A stretch of DNA of 27,593 nt from a virus (taxonomy: Duplodnaviria > Caudoviricetes). The notes under the pieces are model-generated. The model did not search any database. It was given only the letters and a program-made list of their open reading frames with translations, and was not told the DNA's origin. Each line of letters begins with the position of its first letter. Position 1 is the first letter of the stretch. The stretch spans positions 1 through 27,593 of IMG/VR virus record IMGVR_UViG_3300030095_002537. One strand, given 5' to 3'. Made by a program: the position numbers and the translations under genes. Below, one piece after another: positions 9,272-18,014 of this stretch.

Positions 9272-9302
9272 TGATGTAAGGTTAATTTCTTACCTTACAC
9301 CA
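9272..9302 (-). promoter_or_regulatory. Intergenic stem-loop (11 bp including one G-U pair, 9-nt loop) of unknown role
   Basis: Perfect inverted repeat TGTAAGGT (9275-9282) / ACCTTACA (9292-9299), extendable by 3 pairs on the minus strand. No U-tract follows it. Confidence 0.45.
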
Positions 9303-9309
9303 TGTTAAG

Positions 9310-10071
9310 CTACGAAAGCTTTTTTGAAATAGATTTCATTAAATCTACCCCTTCATCAGTTTTAAAATACTGAGCTAATGCTCCGTATGGATTTTGATCA
9401 AAAGGTACGGTAATTATTTTTTTACCGTTAGCAAATTTAAATACAGTATTATCTTCTGTTAACATTATAATACCTGTTTCTACAGCTCTGTTAGCTAAAT
9501 TCCTTAATGTTATGTCTTCATCCTGAGATATTTCTATAAATAATGCCGGATTGCTTCTAGCAAAATTGTAAGCATCTCTTTTTAATTCTTTAGATGATAA
9601 AGACGCAACTGTTGAGCCCATCTCTGTTCTCATAATAGCTTCAATATGTGAAATATCTAAACTTTGTACTAAACTTAATGCTTCTAACTCTAATTCGATA
9701 TCTTCGACTTCATCTTTAGCAATTATTTCGTCATCAATTTCATGCCAAACTTTTTTTGGATGATAAATTGATAATAGTTTTTGTACGTTTGGTTCTGTTT
9801 TAGGAACCATTATAACCCCATCTTCAAACATAATATGTTGCAAGGTAGCATAACCATCTTGTTCATCAACAAATAATGATCTTTGATTTGAAGCTAATCT
9901 TAATTCTCTATTTTGATTTATACTTTCATCAAACCATAATAATGGTTTTTTAGAAGTATGTTTTGTTTGAATAGTATAAGTTAAAGGTGCAGCTTCACCA
10001 TTTAAAACATACATTCTATCTTTAATTGTCCAGTTAGATTCTGGGCTTTGTATTTTTGTTTTTGTACTCAT
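9310..10071 (-). CDS. Conserved structural protein downstream of the MCP (crAss-like capsid-module gene)
   Basis: 253 aa with motifs W.IKDR.Y.L, PLLWFDE...NRELR.A.NQ.S.FVDEQ, I.FEDG, SS.ELKRD and VPF...PY.ALA.YFKTDEG. It lies immediately after the MCP. Confidence 0.6.
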   Translation of the reverse strand: MSTKTKIQSPESNWTIKDRMYVLNGEAAPLTYTIQTKHTSKKPLLWFDESINQNRELRLASNQRSLFVDEQDGYATLQHIMFEDGVIMVPKTEPNVQKLLSIYHPKKVWHEIDDEIIAKDEVEDIELELEALSLVQSLDISHIEAIMRTEMGSTVASLSSKELKRDAYNFARSNPALFIEISQDEDITLRNLANRAVETGIIMLTEDNTVFKFANGKKIITVPFDQNPYGALAQYFKTDEGVDLMKSISKKLS

Positions 10072-10082
10072 GATTAAATAAT

Positions 10083-10120
10083 ATAAAATAAGAATACTAG
10101 GCCCCGAAGGGCCTGTATCC
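10083..10120 (-). terminator. Intrinsic terminator/attenuator after the major capsid gene, with a cUUCGg tetraloop
   Basis: The minus strand reads GGATAC AGGCCC TTCG GGGCCT A GTATTC TTATTTTAT: a GC-rich stem, UUCG loop and interrupted U-rich tail, 13 nt after the MCP stop. Confidence 0.85.
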
Positions 10121-10133
10121 TATAGTTAATAAA

Positions 10134-11723
10134 TTAAGCTTTAAATAATACGAAATTATTAGCAGCTTGTGTAATAAGACATCTTTCACTTAAGTAAGAA
10201 ATTCTCATTTCGTCAATATCAGTTGTAGGTGCTCCCGTTCCAACAGATCCTGTTATCCAAGATTTATTTTTTCTGTTTTCTGTTTCAGAAGCTCTATATC
10301 TAATATGTAAGAAAGGTCTTTTAATGTTTGATCCTAGTTGTTGATCGTACACTGTTGAAGTACCTGCTGGCACTAATGCACCTTCAATATCACCAAAACC
10401 ACCTCTTGTTGACCAATCATTTAAGTATTTCCAGTCAGTTTTGTAGAAGTCATAAGAACCTCTTCTATAACCAGTAAAACCTAAGTTAAGAGCCATGTCT
10501 GCACTGTTATTAAATACACCATAAGATGTACCATGTGCATGGTTTGCAGTTCCAGCATATGCACCATTTTGCATTGCTAGAATGTCATCAATTTCTAAAG
10601 AAAGTTCTCTATTTAAGAAAAGCATGTTTTCCTCAATAGCTCCTTGTTTGTCTAATTGCTTAAGAACATTATCAAAATCTGTTAATGCACCTCCACCTGC
10701 TTGAGCAGCTGCTTGTGCACCAAATCCTGTATAAACATTTCCTCTTGCTTCAAGAGCAGCGAAGAAACCTTCTGTACCTTTAGCATTTTGATTTGTACCA
10801 CCAACTGTGATTGAGCTAGCGCCTGCAGTATAGCCTAAAGCTATTCCGTTAGCACCTGCTTGACCGCCTGTTTTTAATACACCTTCAACCATAGACATTT
10901 CTAAGTAATCTTCCCATCTAAGCCTTACTTCATGCTCAGATTTCATATACCATAAATATCCACTTGCTCCATTTTCAGAAGTAACTTCAATCCAACCAAT
11001 CTGAGCTGTATCAGATCCATTAATTGCATAGTTATCTTTCAAAATTACTGGAGAATTATTAAATGTAGCATAGCTAGGATTTAAAGATTCTGTAAATGAT
11101 CCAGTTCCTTTAGCAAATTCATTTCCATAAGCAACTGCAGTTATTCTTTCCGCAGCTAGTACACCGTTGTGAGCGGCGTAACATTTAATTTGGAAATTTT
11201 GTCCTGATACATCTGTAACAACACCTTTAATAACTTCACCTGTTCCACCAGCTGCTGATGTAGCATTTGTTTGGATTTGTACCATAACTGTTGCACCAAC
11301 CCTAAAGTTTACAGGTTCTGTTTTATCAGTTGTTGTTCCTGTGCTTCTTGGTTGAGCAGTTGGTACACTAAAGTTAAGAGCTGTACCTGATGCACCTGCT
11401 GCAATTGCGCCTGCAACTGCACCTGCAGGTAATCCTGCTTGGTTTCCTAAAGGAATTACATTAGCGTATCTAGTGTGTAATCTTCCTTGTTCAGTCCAAA
11501 TTATTTGGTCTGACGTTGATGGCATTTCTGCCGATACCATACGTAAGAAAGAACCGATAGATCTGTTTCCATATCTTTCAACTTCTTGCTCATATACATC
11601 TGGTAAAAATTGTTGACCCCATTGGTCAAATGCTGTACTCGTGAAATCTATATAGTTTCCAGGGTACATTGTTTTTGACTGCGTTGGTTGTAACGCCGCC
11701 GGTATGCCTACTGTAAAAGCCAT
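10134..11723 (-). CDS. Major capsid protein (crAss-like, HK97 fold expected)
   Basis: 529 aa with motifs QQFLPDVYEQEVERYGNRS, SDQIIWTEQGRLH, GSDTAQIGWIEV, LNLGFTGYRRGSYDFYKTDWKYLND, RPFLHIRYR and LSERCL..QAANNF. It follows portal and scaffold and is followed by a strong hairpin. Confidence 0.88.
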   Translation of the reverse strand: MAFTVGIPAALQPTQSKTMYPGNYIDFTSTAFDQWGQQFLPDVYEQEVERYGNRSIGSFLRMVSAEMPSTSDQIIWTEQGRLHTRYANVIPLGNQAGLPAGAVAGAIAAGASGTALNFSVPTAQPRSTGTTTDKTEPVNFRVGATVMVQIQTNATSAAGGTGEVIKGVVTDVSGQNFQIKCYAAHNGVLAAERITAVAYGNEFAKGTGSFTESLNPSYATFNNSPVILKDNYAINGSDTAQIGWIEVTSENGASGYLWYMKSEHEVRLRWEDYLEMSMVEGVLKTGGQAGANGIALGYTAGASSITVGGTNQNAKGTEGFFAALEARGNVYTGFGAQAAAQAGGGALTDFDNVLKQLDKQGAIEENMLFLNRELSLEIDDILAMQNGAYAGTANHAHGTSYGVFNNSADMALNLGFTGYRRGSYDFYKTDWKYLNDWSTRGGFGDIEGALVPAGTSTVYDQQLGSNIKRPFLHIRYRASETENRKNKSWITGSVGTGAPTTDIDEMRISYLSERCLITQAANNFVLFKA

Positions 11724-11742
11724 TTTGTTTTGATTTTAAAAA

Positions 11743-13032
11743 TTATTTATTCCATTTTACTCGCAATTTAGAAGAATCATTACCAGAAACAACTCTGATT
11801 TTTTGGCCATTAGAATTTACAACACTAGAATTGTCAGCTCTAGGGGACATATCAATATTCTTTGCTTGCTTAGCACTTTCTCTAATAGCGTCGGCACGGC
11901 CTTGCTCATAAAAATGATTAGCTAGTTTATCTGCATTTACTCCGGAAAATAATGCTTTATGATACCCTTGAGCATCATTAACATTTCCGTCTTCACTTAT
12001 AAACTTATTTGCAAAGTTTGCAATATCAGATTGAAATTCTTTTACTTTAAGGGGATTATCAACTTTAAAACGATATTTATTTTTTCCAACGCTAAAATCA
12101 AAACCTTTGAAATCGTCTGAAAAAACTTTATCTGTTTTATTTAAAAAATCTTTTTGTAATTTGTCCGCTTCTTCTTTAACTTGCTTTTGATTATTATAAT
12201 ACTCATAAGCTTCTTTATATTCAGGAGCAATATCTTTTTGCTGGCTTAACTTAAGATCAGCATAATATTTTTCCTTACTTGTATTAAAATGCTTTTGTGC
12301 ATTAAACAATTCTTCTTTAAAAGCTAATTGCTTAGCTTTAACATCTGACGGATCATCCGTCTCTGCATCATAACCAAAGTTTTTATTAAGCATAAACTCA
12401 ATATCATCTTGATTTAAATGCGGTTTAGTACTTTTATAATATTCACGCATTAAAGTAGTATTGTCATATTTACTAATGTCTTTATTAAGATTAACATAAT
12501 CTTCTAAAGTACCACCAGTTTCTTCCATGAACTTTACTAGCTTATCTACGTTTTCAGGAAGATTTTGTTTAGTTTCTTCCTGTACTATTTTTTTAGGAGT
12601 ATCTTTTTCAATACTCTTTTTTTCTTTTAAAGCTTTATTCGCTTTCTCTGTTTCCTCAGTTATTAATTCTAAAGGTGAATCATTAGACTCTTCTTTAGGT
12701 GTTTCTAATACTTTTTCTTCAGTGTGAACGGTTTTATTTTCTTCACTGGATTGTTCCCGTACCTCTTCGTCCACTTCCTTGCTATCTCCGGTTCGTTCGC
12801 CCACAGGTACCTCCTTTGTTTTTCGCTCTTGAATGGCATTGTCTTCTTTAGGTTTTAATTTATCTAGATCTATTTTTATAACACCATCAACTTCTTTAGG
12901 CGAATATTTTTCATCAACTTCACCGTCGGCCACTGCTTTTTCTAATACTGCAGCTTCTTTTTCTTGTGGTGTTGGGGGAGGAGTATTATCTTCTACCGCT
13001 TTAACTGTAACTTGTTCTTTTTCTTGTTCCAT
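11743..13032 (-). CDS. Acidic capsid scaffolding-like protein
   Basis: 429 aa with an E/K-rich disordered N-terminal ~150 aa, then LPENVDKLVKFMEETGGTLEDYV.LN, FKGFDF.VG and A.HFYEQGRADA. It lies between portal and MCP. Confidence 0.65.
   Translation of the reverse strand: MEQEKEQVTVKAVEDNTPPPTPQEKEAAVLEKAVADGEVDEKYSPKEVDGVIKIDLDKLKPKEDNAIQERKTKEVPVGERTGDSKEVDEEVREQSSEENKTVHTEEKVLETPKEESNDSPLELITEETEKANKALKEKKSIEKDTPKKIVQEETKQNLPENVDKLVKFMEETGGTLEDYVNLNKDISKYDNTTLMREYYKSTKPHLNQDDIEFMLNKNFGYDAETDDPSDVKAKQLAFKEELFNAQKHFNTSKEKYYADLKLSQQKDIAPEYKEAYEYYNNQKQVKEEADKLQKDFLNKTDKVFSDDFKGFDFSVGKNKYRFKVDNPLKVKEFQSDIANFANKFISEDGNVNDAQGYHKALFSGVNADKLANHFYEQGRADAIRESAKQAKNIDMSPRADNSSVVNSNGQKIRVVSGNDSSKLRVKWNK
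12705..12839 (-). CDS. Overprinted 44-aa basic peptide in the +1 frame of the scaffold gene (MPFKSEKQRRYLWANEPEIARKWTKRYGNNPVKKIKPFTLKKKY)
   Basis: Hand-translated from ATG at 12839 to TAG at 12707-12705. It coincides with a local GC-rich island, has A at -3, and resembles a small phage peptide motif I recognise (MPFKS..QRR...AN.PE.A..W). Confidence 0.65.
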   Translation of the reverse strand: MPFKSEKQRRYLWANEPEIARKWTKRYGNNPVKKIKPFTLKKKY

Positions 13033-13063
13033 AATTGTATATAATAAAATAGTTTAATTGTTT

Positions 13064-15532
13064 TTATTTAGGAGAAAATCGAGATAAATCAATTCCGCCT
13101 AAAACATCATTACCTTTGGATTCAAAGGATTTTGCTGGTTTACCTGATGATGGTGGCCCAACAACCGATTTAGCAGATATTTTCATACCTTCTCTTTCGT
13201 TTGCACCAGCCTCACGAACATTTTCGCGATTCATCATATTTTGATTATTAGCATTAGCTAATTCTTTTTGAGCATTTAATTCTAATTCCTTTAATTTAAC
13301 ATTTAAATCAAATTCATATTGCATTAACTCTCGTTTAGTTGCTGCTTCAACTTCTAATTTTTTAATTTCAAAATTAATATCAGCTTCTCTATATTGTATT
13401 TTAGATTCTGTTTTTACTTGCTCAGCTTGAGCTTTAGCTTGTTCAATTTGTATTTGTGCAGCACCTTGAGCTTCTGCTTGCGCAACACTAGCAGCTTGTG
13501 CAGCTTGTTGATCCGCGGCTTGCTTTCTTATTCTACGAACTTTTAATAATTGATTAGCTAATTTTAAATTTTTAACTTCTCTAATATCAATAGCATCTTC
13601 TAAATTTATGCTATCTTTAGATAAAGCCATTTGTATATTAGCTTCTAATATAGTTTTTTCTTCATCGTCAGGCATTAGTTCTAAAAATATACCAAAATCA
13701 TGCAAATGTAAATTTTTCATTTCTTCTAACGAAGCTACTGAAAATTGTCCTAAAGCTCCTATAAAAGCTTGTTTAGTTGGATGAAATTCTAATACATCTT
13801 TAAATCTTAAACAAATATTTTCAGCTAAAGTTAAAGTAATAAACATACTGCTATCTAATATATGTCTTGTAGCTACATTACTATTTGCTGCTGCTAATTT
13901 TTGCACCCCTACTAATGCATTAGGGTCCGGGTCTGAACCATCTCTAGCCTCGTTTAAACCGGTAACATCTCTCATCATTTGTATATATTGATTGTAAGCT
14001 CCAATCAATATTTGTATTTGATTACCTTGGCTTCCTGGTAATTCTTGAATAGGTACTTTACCTGGATTAGGATCTCCCTCTACCGTTAAAGATCTACCAA
14101 TTATAGATCCTGTTTGAAAATACATATTAAGTGCTTCCTGTGCATTATAATTTGTACCATTTCCTAAATCTACTTCAGCTAACCCATCAGCGTCTAAATA
14201 AACACCTGAAGGCACCATTCTTTGAATAGCTTGTTGTAATTTTAAATGTGTTAATTGTACTAAATCTGCATAAGGCGTCATTTTAGAAACTAAAGAATCA
14301 ATATTTCCTTTATACATTCTAGGCGCACTTACTGTATAATTCATCACAACTTTATTTGTGTTAGAAGCAGGGCGAATCATATTAGTAGCCTTTTCCCATT
14401 GTAATAATATATCTGTTCCTAAAACAAAACAACCTTCATATATTACCTCTCTTGCGGTAGCTACTTTTTCAAATCTAGTTCTTTTATCTTGAGGTGGATT
14501 AAATGTATCATCTTTCTGTATAGCTCTAGAAGCGCCTGTAGAAGTTTCTTTAATTTTATATACGTTGTTTTCCCAAGTTTTCCAATTAAAATATAAAACA
14601 GTTAAGGTATTATTATTATCGATTTCATTATTATTTCGATTATAATTAATCCATTGATTATTATAGTCTACCCAGTTTGAGCCTTTCTCACTTAATGTTT
14701 CTATTTGCTCATTAGTAAGATTTGGAAAATTCTTTTTTAATTCATTTAAATTAATTCTTTTAACTTCACCAAAATAATAACAATCACTAAAATTAGGATC
14801 TTCAGTATAAGACCACACTAAATTTGCGGGGTCAACGTAGTCTAATTTAATTCCATCTGTATTATTAAATGTATTTTTTACAGCGCCAATACCTAATACT
14901 GTTAAATCATAATCTACTCTTTTCTTTAATTCAGGATATTTGTTACACAAAAATACATTATTAATAGCCTGTTCCTCAGCAATTTCAATTCCTTGTTTAT
15001 AGCCAAGTTGCATGTATAATTCAAGTTCTTCTGAATTTTGAGGTAAATCTTCTTGTGGAACATTTCTTGCATTTACGCCAAGTTCTGCTTCAATTTGATT
15101 TAACAAACCTTGAGCATTAATATCTCTTGTAATAGCATTAACAAAATCGGTTCTTTTGCCTGTAGCAATAGGATCTTGTGCAAAAGCGGTTATATCATAT
15201 AATCTGTCTTGCATACCATTTACTACAATATCTACAAATTTTGGAATTATAGGTACTGGTTTCCAATCTAAGTTTAAATAAGAAAGATCTCCATTGGTTG
15301 CAAATTCATCTTTATATTTTCTTATAGATTGTTCTCCTCTAGCATATAACCTAAGCCTATGAAACTCTTCGCTAGTTTGATAATACATTCCTAACCCTCC
15401 GTTGTCTTTATTAAACCACTCTTGTTCAATAGCTCTACCTACGGATAATCCATACTCAAAGGATTGTTTGACCTCATCTGAAACCGCTTGGCTCGGAAAT
15501 TTGGTTGGAAGTTGTCCTGTTGTTATTGCCAT
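13064..15532 (-). CDS. Portal protein
   Basis: 822 aa immediately after TerL, with motifs RLYARGEQSI.KYK.E, SYLNLDWKPVPIIPKFVDIVVNG, DYVDPANLV.SY, TGLNEARDGS.PD..ALVG.QKLAA and a coiled-coil C-terminus. Confidence 0.87.
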   Translation of the reverse strand: MAITTGQLPTKFPSQAVSDEVKQSFEYGLSVGRAIEQEWFNKDNGGLGMYYQTSEEFHRLRLYARGEQSIRKYKDEFATNGDLSYLNLDWKPVPIIPKFVDIVVNGMQDRLYDITAFAQDPIATGKRTDFVNAITRDINAQGLLNQIEAELGVNARNVPQEDLPQNSEELELYMQLGYKQGIEIAEEQAINNVFLCNKYPELKKRVDYDLTVLGIGAVKNTFNNTDGIKLDYVDPANLVWSYTEDPNFSDCYYFGEVKRINLNELKKNFPNLTNEQIETLSEKGSNWVDYNNQWINYNRNNNEIDNNNTLTVLYFNWKTWENNVYKIKETSTGASRAIQKDDTFNPPQDKRTRFEKVATAREVIYEGCFVLGTDILLQWEKATNMIRPASNTNKVVMNYTVSAPRMYKGNIDSLVSKMTPYADLVQLTHLKLQQAIQRMVPSGVYLDADGLAEVDLGNGTNYNAQEALNMYFQTGSIIGRSLTVEGDPNPGKVPIQELPGSQGNQIQILIGAYNQYIQMMRDVTGLNEARDGSDPDPNALVGVQKLAAANSNVATRHILDSSMFITLTLAENICLRFKDVLEFHPTKQAFIGALGQFSVASLEEMKNLHLHDFGIFLELMPDDEEKTILEANIQMALSKDSINLEDAIDIREVKNLKLANQLLKVRRIRKQAADQQAAQAASVAQAEAQGAAQIQIEQAKAQAEQVKTESKIQYREADINFEIKKLEVEAATKRELMQYEFDLNVKLKELELNAQKELANANNQNMMNRENVREAGANEREGMKISAKSVVGPPSSGKPAKSFESKGNDVLGGIDLSRFSPK

Positions 15533-15535
15533 ATT

Positions 15536-17770
15536 TTAATTTATTATCTCACTCCTTGATCCTTCGTTTTTATATTTTGAAAAACCAAAATCAATTTTTT
15601 TAATTGTTTTTTTACTATTAGGTCTGTACATATGTTTTCTACATGCCATAATAGCTAAGCCACTGCTTATAGATGCATCATATGCTGTTCTATGTGATAT
15701 ATCAAATTTTGCCCAATCTTCTAAAGTTCTTTGAAAATACATATTACCATGATTTTCCCCTTTATTCCCTACGTATTCTTCTATATAAGATTCAATAGCA
15801 GCTGCATGAGCTTGCTTAATATCCTCTGAAGTGTTAGGTATACCACCTAATTCTTTTTCTGTTTTTGATAAATTAGCATAAAGTTTATCGGGTCTATTCA
15901 TTGAAAAAGGTCTGTAACCTCTTCTTTTAAAATGATATAGTAATCTAGGTTTATTATTTTCTGCAAGTATTGGCATACCATAAAAAATACAAGCCATTAA
16001 AACTTCTTCAAAAAATATTTCTGCTGTTTGTGGTCGTGCCACATATTCTAAAAAAAATTTTGTTGTTGGTACATCAGGAGTCATACTAAATGTAGTAAGT
16101 CCATGTAGTGCACCATTTGAACCACCGCCACCAACTGTTCCAGATATATCATATGAATCACACCCAAAAGCGCCTAATCCATCATTACCTGGATATGTTA
16201 ATCCATTTTTTTTAATAACATTATTTTGAAAACTATCTTGCGGTAGCCAAGAAATTTTAAATCTGCCGTTTTTATTAGGTGTCCATATTACCTTAGTATC
16301 TTTAATACCGTTTTTCCAATTAAAAGACCCACGAATTACATACCCTTTTTTAGTTACTTCTTCATTAAAATCAATTTGCTCATATATTTTAGTTAAATTA
16401 AATAAAGAATTAACTGTTTCATCTCTAAAAGCATGTTTTTCTGATCTTGGAAATTGCCTATAGTATTCATTTAAAGCGTCACTGTCGTTTTTTAAACCAT
16501 CAACTTCGTTTTCCCAGTGTTGAATAACTCCCTCGTAGATGAGTTCATCATCAATTCCTTTAACCGAGTCTGATGGTGTTTCGAATACAGGGTAGCCATA
16601 CTTATCGATAAATCCTTCGTATCCCCATTCCATAGGTAAGAACAAAGCATATAGTCCACTTGTAGTCTGGCCATTGCGATTTCTATTTTTGACATCTGAG
16701 TTATAATATAATTTTTTAAAATTGTCCCCTCCTTTTGCTAATGCATTTGAAGTAGACCCCATCATACATTTTCCTACTATTTTTGAACCGAGCCTGAGAC
16801 ACGTTTTGGTGACCCTCCAGTTGTTGAGGATGTTGTCGGGCCTCTCCCATTTACCCGATTCATCATGGACGAGGAGTTGTAATTTCTCCCCATCGTACGA
16901 ATTGTCCCCTGTGTTCTTCCAATCGATGGTTGTGTCCAAGCCTTTTCCCATTCCCTCTCTTTCCACTTCGGTTTCTCGAATGGAATTTCTGGTAAGTCTT
17001 CTTGAGGGTATTTTGTAGGAGAGCTCCGTCTTGGGACGTTCCATACCGTCCTGGATTGGTTTGAAAAAGAACGGATAGTTGATGGATATTGGAACCACCT
17101 TGTCTGTAAACATTTTCTTTGCATCAGCCCCAGTCTTTGATAATATCCCAAACCTAGAATCTTTTGAAGTTGTTGCCTGGTTAACACATTCGGATGATGC
17201 CATAAAACTAAATCCAGACCTCCTGTTCTTAAGGTAGCACATTCCATAAGACCTGGCATCTGCCTTGCAAGCCTCCCAAAAGTAGTAAAATATTCGGTTT
17301 GCCTGCCTAAAATCAGGTGATCCCACGTCGATCTTAGTCCAGTTGAGGTAGATATAGTGTGACCCTGTAATGTAACACGGGGCACCGTTGCACATGAACC
17401 AGTAACCATCATTACGATGATTAAATTCAGTATCAATGTACCCGTAATATTCTTCCTTATTTTTTTCTGGATATCGCGTAAAATCATATATACTTTTTAT
17501 TTTATTTAAAGAATTTGGCTTTAATCTTTTTTTAAAATATTGATTTTCTTTTTTAAGATCTTGACCATCAATTACTTGTGGAATTTTAGGTAAACCTACC
17601 TTAAGACCTTGAATTTCATATATTTCTCCAAGAGTACCATCTTTACTTATAATAACACAATCTAAATCTTTATTATAACCATAATTAAACTTATTATGTT
17701 TATTTTTGTGTTTTATAGTTTTATCTTTTAAATGCTCATCATATATTTTATATAAAGTTTGTTTATACAT
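15536..17770 (-). CDS. terL: Terminase large subunit
   Basis: 744 aa with Walker A-like YLKNRRSGFS, Walker B LLVHDESGKW, coupling motif MMGST, and RNase H-like nuclease motifs AFGCDSYD, ILAENNK and YDASISSG. Confidence 0.93.
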   Translation of the reverse strand: MYKQTLYKIYDEHLKDKTIKHKNKHNKFNYGYNKDLDCVIISKDGTLGEIYEIQGLKVGLPKIPQVIDGQDLKKENQYFKKRLKPNSLNKIKSIYDFTRYPEKNKEEYYGYIDTEFNHRNDGYWFMCNGAPCYITGSHYIYLNWTKIDVGSPDFRQANRIFYYFWEACKADARSYGMCYLKNRRSGFSFMASSECVNQATTSKDSRFGILSKTGADAKKMFTDKVVPISINYPFFFKPIQDGMERPKTELSYKIPSRRLTRNSIRETEVEREGMGKGLDTTIDWKNTGDNSYDGEKLQLLVHDESGKWERPDNILNNWRVTKTCLRLGSKIVGKCMMGSTSNALAKGGDNFKKLYYNSDVKNRNRNGQTTSGLYALFLPMEWGYEGFIDKYGYPVFETPSDSVKGIDDELIYEGVIQHWENEVDGLKNDSDALNEYYRQFPRSEKHAFRDETVNSLFNLTKIYEQIDFNEEVTKKGYVIRGSFNWKNGIKDTKVIWTPNKNGRFKISWLPQDSFQNNVIKKNGLTYPGNDGLGAFGCDSYDISGTVGGGGSNGALHGLTTFSMTPDVPTTKFFLEYVARPQTAEIFFEEVLMACIFYGMPILAENNKPRLLYHFKRRGYRPFSMNRPDKLYANLSKTEKELGGIPNTSEDIKQAHAAAIESYIEEYVGNKGENHGNMYFQRTLEDWAKFDISHRTAYDASISSGLAIMACRKHMYRPNSKKTIKKIDFGFSKYKNEGSRSEIIN
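16492..16695 (-). CDS. Candidate second overprinted ORF (67 aa, +1 frame) inside terL
   Basis: Same +1 frame as the 236-aa ORF. TerL codons here are again rich in C-ending forms (TTC, TAC, ATC, CTC, GGC, CAC, AAC). Confidence 0.4.
   Translation of the reverse strand: MSKIEIAMARLQVDYMLCSYLWNGDTKDLSISMATLYSKHHQTRLKELMMNSSTRELFNTGKTKLMV
16777..17487 (-). CDS. Overprinted 236-aa ORF (+1 frame) inside terL, candidate lipoprotein
   Basis: 236 stop-free codons in a frame where TTA/ATA/GTA followed by a purine would give stops. It coincides with a G/C third-position shift. The N-terminus has a basic region, a hydrophobic stretch and VTGS-C32. Confidence 0.62.
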   Translation of the reverse strand: MILRDIQKKIRKNITGTLILNLIIVMMVTGSCATVPRVTLQGHTISTSTGLRSTWDHLILGRQTEYFTTFGRLARQMPGLMECATLRTGGLDLVLWHHPNVLTRQQLQKILGLGYYQRLGLMQRKCLQTRWFQYPSTIRSFSNQSRTVWNVPRRSSPTKYPQEDLPEIPFEKPKWKEREWEKAWTQPSIGRTQGTIRTMGRNYNSSSMMNRVNGRGPTTSSTTGGSPKRVSGSVQK

Positions 17771-18014
17771 TGCTTATACGATTTTCAACACCTAAAAATG
17801 TTTTGTTTTCTTTAGCTTTAGTTTTTTCTTCTGAAAGCTCTTCTATTTTTTCTATAATTTTTAAAGAATCATCTATTGCAACCCATTTAGCTTGTGCCGC
17901 TGTTTTAGCTTTTTCAGGATCTAATTCTTCTAAATCTATATTTTGTCTAATTACTTTTTCAAGTTCCACTAGCGCTTTTTCAGCCGCTGAAATTACTTTT
18001 TTTCTTCGGTCCAT
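17763..18014 (-). CDS. Small helical protein upstream of terL; possible terminase small subunit
   Basis: 83 aa with charged helices (LDPEKAKTAAQAKWVAI.DS.KII.KIE). It overlaps the terL start by 8 nt and the upstream gene by 35 nt. TerS is inferred from position only. Confidence 0.5.
   Translation of the reverse strand: MDRRKKVISAAEKALVELEKVIRQNIDLEELDPEKAKTAAQAKWVAIDDSLKIIEKIEELSEEKTKAKENKTFLGVENRISNV

Noticed and set aside
15536-17770. Intein or self-splicing intron explaining the GC-rich block in terL
   Set aside because: The block encodes the core ATPase motifs themselves in a continuous frame, with no intein (C...HN) or homing endonuclease motifs.
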